From: Lytechinus pictus
Taxonomy: Eukaryota
DNA: 64,000 nucleotides
Assembly (NCBI RefSeq): GCF_037042905.1
Contig: NC_087246.1
Span: 7,070,001-7,134,000, forward strand
Direction: 5' to 3'
The notes under the pieces were generated by a model, which searched no databases, was not told the origin of the DNA, and saw nothing but the letters and a program-made list of their open reading frames with translations. Positions 26,039 to 39,889 of this stretch are shown here, piece after piece; positions within the stretch are counted from its first letter, which is position 1, and each line of letters starts with the position of its first letter. The translations under genes were made by a program, and so were the position numbers.

Positions 26039-29000
26039 TTAAATGCCCGAAATGTCGGATCCAGTTTACCCGATGTTTTGTGAAAGTTGTAGCAAATTAT
26101 CGAATGGTCATGTAACTTGGACGTTTCGGGAATTTAGGGGCCCCTGCCCCCTCCTGTTATGCCACTGCCTGTTCCATCTCCCAAGTCCCACTTTTCAAGA
26201 CAGAGATGATATTTTTTTAACGATAAAGTAATTAATTATTGCCGTTAGAAAATTTGCCAACTAAAAACGCAACTGAATTTCTCGCGCGGTATCCCGCGCT
26301 TAATCTATGTACTTCTGAATCATTGGCCATGATAAAACCATCACGTGAATATGAATTACGAGTCTTACGAATATTGCTTGATTCCTACGACTGTTTCATG
26401 GAATCATTGACTTTATCTTTTATCCTAAACAAACCAATACATCCTTAAAATAACATTAGAGTCATTGAAGGGGGGGGGGGGGTGTCACATCCTGACGTCG
26501 AAGAGGGAGATATTAGATTGTAGAACCTACAGTTTGGCCTACCACATGCATCAAGTCAAATTTACAATGAGATAATACTGATTACGTTGATAAAGTAAAT
26601 GTCGTTATGGAAGCTTATATGGACGGTAATATTTCCCACATCTTTACCAATTCATCCATTTTATATGAGCCTTCACAAAATTTATTAGTGTCAGTATACT
26701 AATATTTCAAATATGAACTAACTTTTGTTTAAGGATTTTAAATTTTTGCATCTTTTCACATTATAATTTATACCCTAGGCTGAACATTATTTGATTTAAA
26801 GTACAGATAAAGTAAAAACAGACGGATAACACTGAAAAAAAAAATCATCAAAATTGGAAAAGGAATAAGAAAGTCAAGATAATTTAGGTTAATAGTTCGA
26901 TGCACAAGAGCGTCACTCTGAACTTGAGCTTGGGGAGGGGGCACAACACAATCTTATTCACCTTCTTCTTCTAATCACTCTTCTTAAACTTTGCATTGGT
27001 TTGTTTATGTGGAATATTTGTATACACGTGTAAATTAAAATATTTTTCTCACTAAAATGAAAGCGAGCGCCAAGCGGAAGCTGAAATCTTTCCTACATTT
27101 GTCTGAAGGGGATTTTAAGGATTCTTTGTATGATTTCATCTAGATATAGTCTCTCTAATGACAACAAAATATGGTGCACACCATTGACAATATTCCGCTT
27201 CTCTTCTGAGATGAGGGGATTGGCACAGCTTTGGGAAAGAAAACTTCCCGAGCACGAGCCTATTTCAACAGGAAGGCAAATTATATTCATTCAAGTCAAC
27301 CCATTCCCAAAATTTTTAATATGATATAGCTTATCAATTGACAAAAGTGTATGCGACTGGCCATCTAACACTGATTCTACGGAGGGTATCTACTGAACTT
27401 CCTTTGCCCAAGTTTGGAAGAAATATCACTTAACTTTGGAACTATGCTATTTGACTGGCGGAAGAATTAGGGTTATTTTACTATTTCAGGGGTGCATCGA
27501 TCTGATCCCGTCATGAGATGTCTTCATAAAATAATGCTGATTTATTTTTAAAATGAGCCAGTCGAGGTATGCCCTTTTCTGATGGTCATTTATGGAATGT
27601 CAGATATCTATCCTATCCACTGGTAGTAAAAGTTTCAACCTCTAATTTCATCTTTATTTTTAATGAATTTTGCCGTTTTAACACATGAGTTTATGGGAAA
27701 TGTTTAAGGCTCATTAAACCTTCCACATCAACGTCCAATCTGGACTACTAGAGTCAGAAAATACTTTACACCTAAAAATTGTCAATTTAATAAAAATAAA
27801 ATCCATGGACACATTACTACATATGCTATACATGACATAAAAGATTATTTTCTCTCAAATAATCAAATGTGTTTATGCTTGGATAATCAGGAGTTAGGTA
27901 TAAGTCCATGTGAAATTCAATTTGTGCCAAGTATAAGGTATGGCTGCAATGAATGAATCGATGAAGTCTTAACGCCACGCGATTTGTAGTAAATTTCATC
28001 GTAAAATACCTTTTGAATTAAATTAACATAATTGATATTAAACATATTAAAATCTCATGTTAATATAAATGAAAGCTAAAACACAATATCATAACAATTA
28101 ACAAACGATCATTGATCAATACATAGTTAAAATACAATATGCAAATTGCAGCAATGATATAAAACAATATGGATAAGGAACAAGTTTTATTTGCTTCCGG
28201 GTTTTTTTTCTTCACATAATTACAAGAAATCATACTTCAGAATGCAGAAGATCACCATCTTGAAACAAGAGCTTGATGTTTGAGGAGGAATTGAAAACAA
28301 AAGAGGTATGTATAATACACAGAAAGCATTGCATAAGTTCAAGTTCAAATAAACATACATGTATTACCTTCTTCGAATAAACATTGCATAGTTAAATATT
28401 TTGTACACACTTTGATGAAAACAAAGAAAAACATGTTTATTTGCTTATTTTCTTTTTTTTTCATTCAAATAAACATTAATTTTCTTCCACTTTCACAAAA
28501 TATCATTATTCAATATAAAATATACATAAAAGAATATACATGTATATAAGATATATCTTTAACAGAAAAAGACGTGATTCCCTAAAAGCAAAAGCTTGTG
28601 AGAGAAATACAAAATATATACAAGAAAAGACGTGAAAGATGAAAGGCTAAGAAAATAACGCGAAGGGAATGAATCGAGATAACGAGAAGTGAGCAGAAAG
28701 GTGGGCATGAATTACTGAGCCAAAAGAGAATACAACAAATGTCAGTTTGGAAAAAGGGCTGCAACAACAACTGTACATAGTTCATAGCATTTTCATTAGG
28801 CAGAGAAAAATGAAAATAGTAATTTTGTAAAACAACCAAAAAAGGTTAATTTTTTGTTCAAATGTTTGGATTTGGGTTAACATATCACATTCCTGAAATT
28901 ATTGAAAACAACAATTTTTCTGTTTAAAAATACAAATTCAGAATCAGTTTTGGCCCAATATTCCGTTTTGTTTGTTTTGTTTTGTTTTTACTTGTTTCCG

Positions 29001-29669
29001 TTTAAAAATCAGAAAACAAATTATCTGATAGTACCTTGATTTGTTCATTGTGTTCACATCTCACATAGAGCATTTTCTCTAAAAGCTATCTAATATCTAT
29101 CTCTTCTAGCAAGCAATGTAATGCAATAATAATAAAAATAGATTAAGGCAGAAAATCAGAGATCAAATATATAATTAGGGATGAATTCTGGCTTCTGTTA
29201 AAGTACCAGTTGCAGTTAGTTCTAGATCAAAATAAAAGTATGCAGACATTTTTATAATTAAAACAACTTCTCAACAATTGAATGGGCTGAACATTTTAGC
29301 ATATGATCTTGGATATAGCTCTCTGATATTCATTTACTAAATTTTAGGCCCCTTTTTGACTTTCTAATTTACTAAATTTGTAAGACAAATTTTCAAAAGA
29401 TCTTTTTTGTTAAAAGGAATATTGACAGTGCCAAGAGATGATGCCAGATGAAAAAAAATCTAATCTCTTGCTCAAAAAATATTCAAAACCCACCCACTAC
29501 ACTATTGTAAGATTGGAATGATACTTGTGTATAATTCATATCCTTGCTTCTTTAAAACAAAATCTTGGATGGACTTTAATCATAATTTCTAATGAATAAA
29601 TATATATGTAAAGTTTAATAACTTTTAATATTTTCATTTAAAAGAAATATATTGCACACTCTCTTAGTA

Positions 29670-30262
29670 CCGTAAGGGCACTAGTATTCAACCCGTTTGG
29701 AGAGTTTCCTCAAATATATAGAAATATAGAATTTACCTGAATTTCAGACCCGTCTTATTTCCAAGAGCAAATGCTGGTTATTCTTTTTCCGTTATTTTTT
29801 TTTTAACCAGTTGACTGTGTGCGCGGGCGATCGAATTATACGGCGACGAATTTTGGTACTAGTATTCAACCCGTCGGCACTAGTATTCAACCTAGCGATT
29901 AAAGATGGCCCTGTCTCTCAATCTGCCCTTGTCCCATCCGACTATGGACTAGACCATTTGAGACGAGACCAAACAGGGAATTAATCAAAGCCAGAGACTT
30001 ACATAGATCTAGATCTAATTTAGCAATCTAAACCCTTTTGAGATTTGCTATCAATCCTCACTAGGTTGATGCAAAAGGCCATCGCCGCATAATTCGATCC
30101 TCCGCGCATACAGTCGACAGATTGACAAAGAAAATATTGACAACAGATTACCCTGGAAATAACAAAGGTGTGAAATTAAGATAAATTCCCTATTTCTAAA
30201 TATTTTGGGGAATATGTCAAAATCTTTGAATTATGCCGGGTTGAATACTAGTACCCATACGG
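29670..30262. mobile_element. pogo/Tc1-mariner-type MITE
   Basis: TA|CCGTAAGGGCACTAGTATTCAACCCG…CGGGTTGAATACTAGTACCCATACGG|TA. Confidence 0.85.
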
Positions 30263-30669
30263 TACTGTTTATTTTTTTCTGTAAGAATGACCATGTGTAT
30301 ATATTTCTTCTTTTTTTATATATCGTTTCATGATTTTTTTTATTAGAAATACTTCACACAAACAAAAATAATCATGTATATATGTATGTATATATATATA
30401 TATATATATACATACATATATACATGATTATTTTTGTTTGTGTGAAGTATTTTTAATAAAAAAAAATCATGAAATGATATATAAAATAAGAAGTGTGTGT
30501 GTGTGTGTGTGTGTGTTTGTGAAGTTATACATGTACTACAGCTTTGGCAACTCTTTTATCTAAATATTGTGTGAAAGAAATGGATGAAGAGAACAATGGT
30601 AGGCATAGCTTAAATCAAGGTTCCCCAGAGCTATCTACCCTTTTGGAAAAATTGGTGATGCCGAAAAAA

Positions 30670-30741
30670 TGTCTCTGCCGGGAATCGAACCCAAGCCCAC
30701 AGCTTTGAACGCCGGTGCCTTAACCACTAGACCACAGAGAC
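30670..30741 (-). tRNA. Second, inverted copy of the UCA tRNA-like cloverleaf
   Basis: Reverse complement of the 30971 copy with about 5 substitutions; same anticodon loop; T6 terminator. Confidence 0.55.
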
Positions 30742-30970
30742 GGGTTAGTGGCTAGTGGGAGAAAGTATACAAATGTGTGAAGCGAAAGCTGTAGTACATG
30801 TATAACTTCACACATTTGTATACTTTCTCTCTTACGTGTACTGTATCAAAGCAATAGCTTTGATCCAGCTGATCCATCTTTACCCGACAAAGGAAATCAG
30901 AATTGGTATGGTGTCGAAAATCTGTCTATCTGACGGTCAATCGGATCGGGGTCGCCCTAGCCACTAACCC

Positions 30971-31042
30971 GTCTCTGTGGTCTAGTGGTTAAGGGACCGG
31001 CGTTCAAAGCTGGGGGCCCGGGTTCGATTCCCAGCAGAGACA
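30971..31042 (+). tRNA. tRNA-like cloverleaf with UCA anticodon (tRNA-derived element or suppressor-like pseudo-tRNA)
   Basis: GTCTCTG/CAGAGAC acceptor stem, A box, CCGGC-GTTCAAA-GCTGG anticodon arm, GGTTCGATTCC B box, T7 terminator. Confidence 0.6.
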
Positions 31043-31102
31043 TTTTTTTGGCATCACCAATTTTTCCGAAAGGGTAGATAGCTCTGGGGAACCTTGATTT
31101 AA

Positions 31103-32040
31103 GGACGTTCCACAGTTATGTTTGTGCGCATTATGATCTGCGCATAGTTTACACTCTGCGCGCTGACGTCACAATGGATGAACAGGTGATTAATTAGCTG
31201 CGGGTATGAGCTGATTTTTCTCATCTTCTGCACTTTAACTGCAGATCTGATGCGTTATTTCATGAAGCTAAAAAATTGAATTATTCCATGGACCATTCAA
31301 AAAAAATTTGCTACATTTTCAAAATATTTTACTCTGCATTGCTGCCAAGAATCACGGATATTACCCTGAGTTTGAATAAATGGTAGAGTGATTTTGATTT
31401 TTTTCTTCACATAGATACAAAGCATTCGGCGCATTTTTGGTGTTTTAAAAAGCACATTTGCTCTAATAAAAATGCTGATAGTTTAAAAACAAGCACATGA
31501 ACCCCTATTTTTCAATGTTTGTACCTCTTAGGTATACCTTCCTCTACAACTCTGCAAATTTTGGTGAAAATGACATGGATTTTGAATAAAGTGCAGCATT
31601 TATTGAACGTTTGTAGTTTGTTACTGAAATTTTACATTTTTTAGATTGGGATTTTGTTATCGTTTATGCCTTTTTTTAAGAACTGACAGTGGTGTTAAAC
31701 TTAAAATTTCAAACAAATAGCACTATAAATAGATTCTCAATTTTAACGATACAATTATTAACTCTCTTGCGAAATTTGATGACTTTTTCATGTATTTTGA
31801 CTGAGTAAAAGAGGTTTAAACTCATTGTAGTAATCTTGGGCGGTCTAAAAATACCAAATTCTTTTGAATGCGCAATTCTTAAGAAGATCAATTTGGGTGA
31901 ACTTTGAAGCACTATAGCAAAAAATCAAGCACATGGACCTATGATAATTTTTGCATATTTCGAATATTAAGGTTCTAAAGTATCTATGTGCAAAGTTTGG
32001 TGAAAATGACATGGATTTCACTTTAACTGTGGAATGTACC
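31103..32040. mobile_element. TTAA-target (Kolobok-like) element family C
   Basis: TTAA|GGACGTTCCACAGTTA…TAACTGTGGAATGTACC; interrupts the tRNA-like unit. Confidence 0.8.
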
Positions 32041-32067
32041 ATTGTTCTCTTCATCCATTTCTTTCAC

Positions 32068-32116
<49 letters not shown>

Positions 32117-32120
<4 letters not shown>

Positions 32121-32830
32121 TGTGTCCCACAAAAACGAACCGAGATTTATCGATGATTTATCATATCTTAATTGCAAATACAATAGATAAATGACCTACC
32201 ATCATTGTAAAGCTTAGAATCTCTTCTTTCATCTGAAATTACTTCTTTTATTTCTCATTCACACATGAGTGAGCAAAACTAATTTGAAGAAGGGATAACA
32301 AAAAGTCACTTGGCGGGCTGTATCTGGGTTTCAAAAAGAAAACCACATTTTTAAAAAGTTCAATATCTGCTCTTTTATCTGATACCTCAATTACAAAAAA
32401 AATGGTCAATAAATAACAAAGCTCTGGTTATTTGAAATAAGGCTTGAATTTCAATAATTTCATAAAATGAAGTGGTTTTACAGGCTATCATTCAAACTCA
32501 CAGCACTCGACACTCTGTTTTGTTGACGATCATCCATGCATTAAGGCTTTTCTTAACCATGTGATAGCTTATGTGGGAAACCAGTGAAAACATGTTTATT
32601 TAATGAAATTATGAAAACACAAGCATTGTTTAGAGGGAACATAAATTTGTTACTTCTTGATCATTTTCTGTGATTAAGGTATCAAATAAAAGAGCAGATA
32701 TTGAACTTTTCAGGCATGTGATTTTCTTATTGAAATTCAGATACCCCCTGCCAAGTTTTGGTATCCTTTCTTCAAATTGTTTTTGCTCACTTATGCGATA
32801 ACGAGGAATAATCTAAGTAATATCAGATTA
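32117..32830. mobile_element. Tc1/mariner-type palindromic MITE, right end truncated
   Basis: Begins after (TA)n with GTGTGTCCCACAAAAACG; about 32230-32480 is inverted relative to about 32590-32830. Confidence 0.6.
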
Positions 32831-32938
32831 GGTCTACTGAGTGATTTGCCTTTGCCAAAGTGACCAAATAGTAAAATGATGGTTCAAAGAATGTCTGTAG
32901 ATCTCCACATACATTGTTATTTATTTTGTGATACTAAC

Positions 32939-33144
32939 CTGCCACTCTTTAGCCAATGAGTCTTCTATGGATTGGGATCCTCTTATGTGTCTGTTCTCTC
33001 TCTTCTTGATGTGACCATATTGTTGGTAACATATGTATGCAAAACCAACACTGAAAGGAATAGGTACCCACTTAAGAGATCGCCAGTACCCCGCTACACC
33101 GCTGGAAGAAGGACCAGTATTAGAGGATGAAAATCTTTTGGAAC
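32939..33144 (-). CDS. PISD: PISD exon 3 (GSKRFSS...WVPIPFSVGFAYICYQQY...LAKEWQ), membrane anchor region
   Basis: TTTAG| acceptor and |GTTAGT donor. PIP..GF..I.YQQY and A.EWQ resemble the metazoan PISD N-terminal region; phase 0 to the next exon. Confidence 0.85.
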
Positions 33145-33514
33145 CTAAATATCGAAAAAGAAATAAATAAATTGTCCATGAAGTAACTACGAACTGGTTT
33201 ATCGGACTATTCAAGAAAGAAGCAGAATGTTCTTTTTAAGACAATATTTTGAAATTCATAATGCCGGCAGTTTCTTCAAGGATATCAGATCAGCTCTCAG
33301 AATTTTAAGCCAGTCTTCATGTCAGTGCATAGTTCACCTCTATGTTCAATATAACATTAGCTTCTGTGGAATTATTTGCGCACCATCAATGAACTGTTTG
33401 CAATTATTTTTTTTACAGATGGCTGTCTAAACCAACCAATAAATATTCATAGAAGAAGTTAAAAATACTTGCTACTAGAATTTAGATTTGATATAAGAGA
33501 TATATCATACCCAC

Positions 33515-33591
33515 CTGAGCATTGCTTGTGATTCAAGATTAGCGATTGAACCTCTTTGCTATATTTCCTTCCTAGTTGCTGCCAAGCAAAT
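33515..33591 (-). CDS. PISD: PISD exon 2 (FAWQQLGRKYSKEVQSLILNHKQCS)
   Basis: TTTCAG| acceptor and |GTGGGT donor; 77 nt, open in the phase required by the next exon. Confidence 0.65.
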
Positions 33592-34395
33592 CTGAAATAT
33601 AACCAAAATGAACAATTCAACTGCTTTAAAATTCTTGAGCAAAATACATTTTCCAGTCACGTTTCCTGACCTTGTCCTTGACAGCTCACAATTGCGTAAT
33701 CATTGGGCTAATTGCCAGCCAGACAATTGGAACTACAGTAAGTGGTGAAAATGAAAGGTTGAAAAGTATAATCATGTGACCCATTCATTCTATAGCCTTG
33801 TTCTCGGTTCTTGTGTGGGGAAATAAGGTTGGCAATGTTTTGTTTATTTTATCGTGTTCTTAGGGACAAATGCTTGATTTTTTACACTGTCAGTTTCCAT
33901 TACAGCTATTCATCATATAACTTGGCTCTTCAGTAAATAAAATTCTTTTAATCATATTTTCTAAATTAAAAAGAAATTGAAAAATGACAATTTTCTTGCA
34001 ATTTTATTTTCCACCAATAGAAGGCGTACAAAAAATATGCCCAAATTCAAGTTTTTGTGAACTCTGGTGAATACAAAAATGATCCCCAAATTACGAGATC
34101 CCTAATGAATAATAATGTTAGCGAAGAACAAAAAGAAACAAGATGGCGGCGTAAACATCGAGCAAGTTTCCCCCTTTTTTTCATAATATTTTTTTTCATT
34201 TTTTTATTGAATTCTAGTTTAAAAATGAAATCAATATTTTAGAAATATCGAAAATGAGGTTGTAACCCATTTAAATGATTTAGGGCTAGATCTTTTAGAA
34301 GTAGAATCTCGGGGGGGGGGGGGGGGAGTTCCTCTTTTTTTCGCAGTACACGCACATGAATGGGACACAATCCCTGGCTCCATGGAAAGTAAGCC

Positions 34396-34926
34396 TAGCC
34401 TTGAGAACTTTGTAATATTTTGACATATCGCAAAGCCTTGAAATTATTGTAATAATAATCATTTATAATCAAGTTTCAAATTTTATCATTTGTTAAATAA
34501 TAATTTTATCTATAAATTGTTCTTCAAAACTGCATTTTGTAACATCGCTTATCAAAGCTACGTACATGTACGTCATAACAAAGCGGTTCAAGGGTCAAGC
34601 CGAGGCTATTGCATGTGCGGAGTATACGAATGGATCAAAGGATCTACACGAGATCGGTCTAGTAAGAAACCTCTCATTTTTACCTTTTTATAGATTTTTT
34701 GCACCTTCATACGCATTTGGCGTATGAAGGTGTATAGATAAATTAAATCAAACAAATTTACATGACTTTTATCTTCAAAGATGGATTTCCTAATCCTACT
34801 TCCTAGCGAAATCCATCTTTGTTGACAAGTCTCTCTTATATGCCTATGGCAGGGGTTTCAAGGCTTCGTGATGAAGAAGTATATGTCAAAATATTAAAAA
34901 ATATCATCATGAAGTCCTCAAGGCTA
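34396..34926. mobile_element. MITE with TAGCCTTGAG…CTCAAGGCTA TIRs
   Basis: About 50-bp imperfect inverted ends; its flanks are contiguous in the related copy at 36612-36760. Confidence 0.65.
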
Positions 34927-35692
34927 GAGTTAAGCCTACGTAAGTAGAATGATTTTTACTCTCCAGGAGTAGGCTGGCATAATATAATCGATAGTGTAGA
35001 AATGTCGGAAATGAAGTTTTATACCATGTACCACTCATGGCTACATCTCTGCCGCCGATTACAGGAGAATTGAAGGCACGGCGCATTCAACAAATGATAT
35101 TAATTTATGAAAAATCAATACAAGGACTAACAGAATGAAGTCATCCTACAAAACTTACCAAACGATGTGAAGTCAATTCCTCATAATTTGATGAATATCC
35201 CTCAAAAAGCGTAATTTAAGCGTTGATTTTTCTTCTCGTTGACAAAATACGAAAGCCACCTTGCTAACTCTTAAATTTTTTGTCTAATGAGCGAAAGAGG
35301 GCGCGCGATTTATCTTCATATCAAAGACACTACAATTGAAAGACTGGACACAAAAATTATCTTACACGTAAATCGATGCAAAGTGTTACGCGAAAGTCGG
35401 CAAAGTGTTCAATCTTTTCACTGCAAAGACTTTGGTGGAGCGTTAATTGACGAACGAATGGTAGCGCTTGCGGGGCTTTTTTCAAGGTACATAGAATTTT
35501 CTATATTTTTTGTTTAATTTGTCGTTGTTTTGAATATTTTTCAAAAAGTATCATCGTCAGCAAAAATAATAAAAAAGTATGTTTTTTAAGTTATTGCATT
35601 TATTGGGGTCTATATTTTATCAAACAATTATTGAAATAGCGCATACAATGAATCATGAATCTAGTTTAAAAAATACCACCAAGCTGAATTAA

Positions 35693-36287
35693 AGGGGAAT
35701 CCAACCCAAATGAAAACTTGTTTTTATAAGGAAAAGAAAAATCGGACAAGTTGATAGGTGAAAGTTTGAACAATATCGGACAAACAACAAGAAAGTTATG
35801 AATTTTTAAAAGTTGTAAATATTGGTAATCACTATACCCATGGAGACTTCAAATTGGCCGCATATGGGATGTCATAGTGATGTAAGGCAAGGACAACTCT
35901 TTCATGTACTCCAATACATATTATGGCTAAAATGTCATTTTTCCTGAAAGTTTTATTTCAAATTATATTTTTCTTTCATGAGGACATAAAACAATATACT
36001 ACCTGGGTTATATTTAGATTACTGCCCCAGGGGAATGGGTACTTAAGAGAAAACCACAAATCCCTGATTATAAAGTACATGGCCTATGGGAAAGTTGTCC
36101 TTGCCTCTTGTCATAATTTACTTCCCCAGTTGCCAATTTGAAATCTACATAGTATTAGTGATCTCAATTTTAAAACAGCTACAACTTTCTTATTGCTTGT
36201 CCGATTTCTTTCAAACTTTCACCTTTCTGTTTAATTTATTTTTCTCCTTCCCAACATAACATTTTATGGCCAAGGCTGGATTCCCCT
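35693..36287. mobile_element. TTAA-target (Kolobok-like) MITE family B
   Basis: TTAA|AGGGGAATCCA…TGGATTCCCCT|TTAA; a partial degenerate relative lies at about 54420-54740. Confidence 0.85.
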
Positions 36288-37332
36288 TTAAGGTTGTGAA
36301 CTGTATTAGCGCCACCAACGACCTTCCTTTTATTTCCGTGGAAGAGACGTGAGAAGCCACTTTCCAGGCGGAGGTAAGCGATTTTGCTCTTTTTTGTGTC
36401 CTTTTTAAATTAAAAAAAATGTTAAAAACTGAAAATGGAATGCTTTTTACCACAAAAAGCTCTGGTGAGTAGCGGAATGGGTTTCGGCTAACAACATTCA
36501 CGTTATGAAGTGATGTTAACGACAACTCTAAAATCCACTACAAAAACACGTTGGTTGTGCGAGGCTCGTATAGCATATACTAACCTCGCAATAGTGTGAG
36601 TGCCCATGTACATGATTTAGGGCTAGATCTTTTAGAAGGAAAGTAGAAATCTCGGGGGTGAAAGTTTCAGGTTTTGGGGCCCTTCGTGCATATGAATGGG
36701 AAGGAATACCTGGCTTCATTGAGAGTAATCTACGTTAGTAAATGATTTTTACTCTCTAAAGTTAGAAGCCGCCTGGCTAGGCCACTCCTAGTACCAATGA
36801 GGTCCAAACATTACATGTATGAACCTCATAGGCGACATCAGTGATAAAACCAGTTAGACATTGCCGTTTCTATTTGCACCCAAGGACTTTGGCAAATGTA
36901 CGCCTTAATACATAGTGGATGGTAACAATTTAGGTATTAATTAGTTTTAAACATGATAAGGAAACTTCTTTGACATTTGAAATTTAATGGATTGAGGTTA
37001 AACTTACATTTTCAGTCTATTTTCTTAAATTCAACTCCTATGTGATTCGCGTACTAGTCAGCTGATCGGTCAGGTGATCAGTTGGTTATCTTTTTGTCAG
37101 ACGTTCATAATTTATATTCCAATATATCAATCTTCATTATCTTGCTTTCAAAGCATCAGTATTGCAGAGAAAAGTCATTATAGATTGGAATCAGTGGCGG
37201 ATCCGGGGGGTGAGCATTTCTGGCCCTTATAGGCGGGGGCATATGGCTGGCCCTCCCCCGAGTGGATTTCACCGGGAAAAAAATGGATAAGAGAAAAGGA
37301 ATGAAGAAAGAAAAAATTAAACAAAGAAAGAG

Positions 37333-37452
<120 letters not shown>

Positions 37453-38395
37453 ACAGAAAAGTGAAAAGAAAAGGGATATGAGAACATAAAAAGGAAAACG
37501 AAAGGAAAATTTAAAAAGGAAGGAAAGTCATGTGAGAAAGAACAAATAATCCCGGTGGGGGGGGGGGGCTAATCAGATAACAAAAAATCTGCCATCTGTA
37601 ATTAAATTGAATAATTAAAATCCAGAGGTCCCAGGGCTACCTACATACTAACCCAGGGAGCTCCCGTCCGCGCAGCAGGCGGGAGTCCAGGGACTTACCG
37701 TGTATTTGACCATAGTCACCGGACTAGGGTGATTTATGGTCTAAATATTTCTCCAAATGAATTGTGAAAACAGAAACTATACAATTACCACGATTATATG
37801 GATGAAGGTCTAACGAGTGGCAGTTTCCTGAGATCTGGGCACAGACTGGAACCTCAAAAAAACGTAAAGTTCTCTCCTCTACCCCAGTCTCCATCGGCCA
37901 TTTTGTTACGATTTTTAACAAAAATGGCCGATCGAAACGGGGGTAGAATTATTATTATTATTATTCAGAAAATAATGTTATTTGTTGAATGCGCCGTGCA
38001 TTCAGTTATTCTGTAGTCGGCGGCAGAGATGTAGCCATGGGTGGCCTGAGGTAGGAAAAGAAGTGAAACTTTGTGTAACGTAAATTAGTTTTGTTTTTAA
38101 AGATCGTGATGTTGAATGAATTTTATATTACCCCCCCCCCCCCCCAATAAAATCCAACCTTTGTTACTCGGAATATCAGATCGAGTTCACGGTCTCGAAG
38201 TTCGGGTAGGTGGAGCGTAGTGTAGCGGTAGTGAAGTGGAGGTGAGCCTGCGCCTGCGCACTCATGGGATCAATGCATCTTGCGTGCGAAGGATTCATAT
38301 GCACCTGGTGCACACGAATTTTTCACACCCTTTTTACTAAAATAACTATGCCATTCCTTTTACAATAATGTTTCTAATTGTGCTATGACACTTAC

Positions 38396-38403
38396 CGAAC
38401 CAT
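38396..38403 (-). CDS. PISD: PISD putative first coding exon (ATG GTT CG)
   Basis: Minus strand CATATGGTTCG|GTAAGT has a strong donor. Its phase 2 joins the 33591 exon to give MVRFAWQQLGRKYSK..., a plausible mitochondrial presequence. Confidence 0.6.
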
Positions 38404-39020
38404 ATGGATCGTTTCTTGTCTTCTCTTTGGTGTGTTTTTAAGAAAAAAAAAGCATTTTCTCGTGATCTTCACGTAGATACCGCAGGGTCATCGTGGTTGT
38501 AAACTTTTGCTTAAAGAGGGCGCGCGATATTATTCACAAGATGTTTGTTTACGGTTCTGCAGCTTGTACTGCTAGCTGCATTTTAGACGCTCAGCATTAT
38601 TTTCCTCTTTCTGTTTTTTTTTTTGCTGTCAAGCGGTATTTTCTATTGTAGCGCCATCAGCGATGATGAAATGTAAAGAGTCGCCTTGAAAATTATGTCA
38701 CATTAATTCGTTAGTTTGTTTCCTATTTTTTTGCACTTTTTTCTTCTTCCTCATCTATGATCAAAGGTGAATACCTTTTTTTGATATCTGTTCTAAAAGC
38801 TGGACATTTTGAATATTTTGTTCAGCATTATTTTCCTCTTTCTGTTTTTTTTTTTGCTGTCAAGCGGTATTTTCTATTGTAGAAATAAATTGAAGTAAAT
38901 AAATCAACAGGATAGTAATCAAAATGCGATAGAGCTGCCCGAGCTGAAAATTCTGATACAAGGACTTGAAAATAAAACATTCTGAGCACTTTTTATAACC
39001 ATGATGAGGAGACCTATACA

Positions 39021-39051
<31 letters not shown>

Positions 39052-39889
39052 GAAATAAGCTAACACGAAAAAAAGACGTTTTGGGGACTGTTAAGTAAGA
39101 ATTCATGAGTGGGATAGGTAACTATCTATTCTATTCTTGTTCGTTTTCTATTATTATTTGTGTGTTGTGTTTATTTTTCTTGAAGCACCAAAAGGTGGAC
39201 ATGTCCACTAAGATATATTAACAAAGTCACCATTATTATCACAAGCTAACGGATCAAAATGCGAGCGTGAAACGCGAGCTTCTTTTTTTCTTAATTCAGT
39301 CTTAACGATACTTTTTCATCATATTTTAAAGGTGAATCTCATGATTCAAAATGATAAATGCTTGTCGCACGGGCAGAAATAGCGGGACCAATAGTTATTT
39401 TCAATATTCCGAACTGCATTCTGGACGTTGTATAAGCGCCTTTGTATAACAATTAAAAGGGTAGGCCTATTTACCTTACAAATTATGCGAGCGCTGAACT
39501 TTTGGACATTTAAACCTCCACAAATTGACATTTTTAAAATATGAACAACATCATAAATGTCACTTACAAAAATGATGCCAGCGCGAAGCTCGCGCTTAGA
39601 GTTTTTGATAGTGATGACAGGACTGTATCTAAATGAAAAATAATGCGAGGGCATTTGCGCTTAAGATTTAAATTTGGGATTTGAAAAGTCCGAAAGATTA
39701 CCTATACTTTTAAAAGAGGAATGACCTCCAGAATTCAAGCGCGAAGCGCCAGTAGATTTATGTTGAAGTTTAGACCTAGAACAGGGACGTTGAACCTTTA
39801 TAATAATGAAAAAGATGGTATTTTTATAATAAAACATGGGAGTCTAATTTTGTTTTAGTGTTAATATTCAGATCTTCAAACTTGACATT

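Noticed and set aside
27090..27720. Possible degraded coding remnant
   Set aside because: Multiple stops and no motif I can identify.
30971..31042. Selenocysteine tRNA
   Set aside because: UCA anticodon but a canonical 7/5 fold with a 4-nt variable loop; tRNA-Sec needs a long variable arm and extended acceptor stem.
35159..35290. PISD coding first exon
   Set aside because: No in-frame ATG, and the join to exon 2 creates TG|A in the coding frame; treated as a duplicated non-coding exon candidate.
38591..38882. About 60-bp direct duplication (38591-38651 and 38822-38882)
   Set aside because: Real, but looks like a simple local duplication with no LTR or TIR hallmarks.
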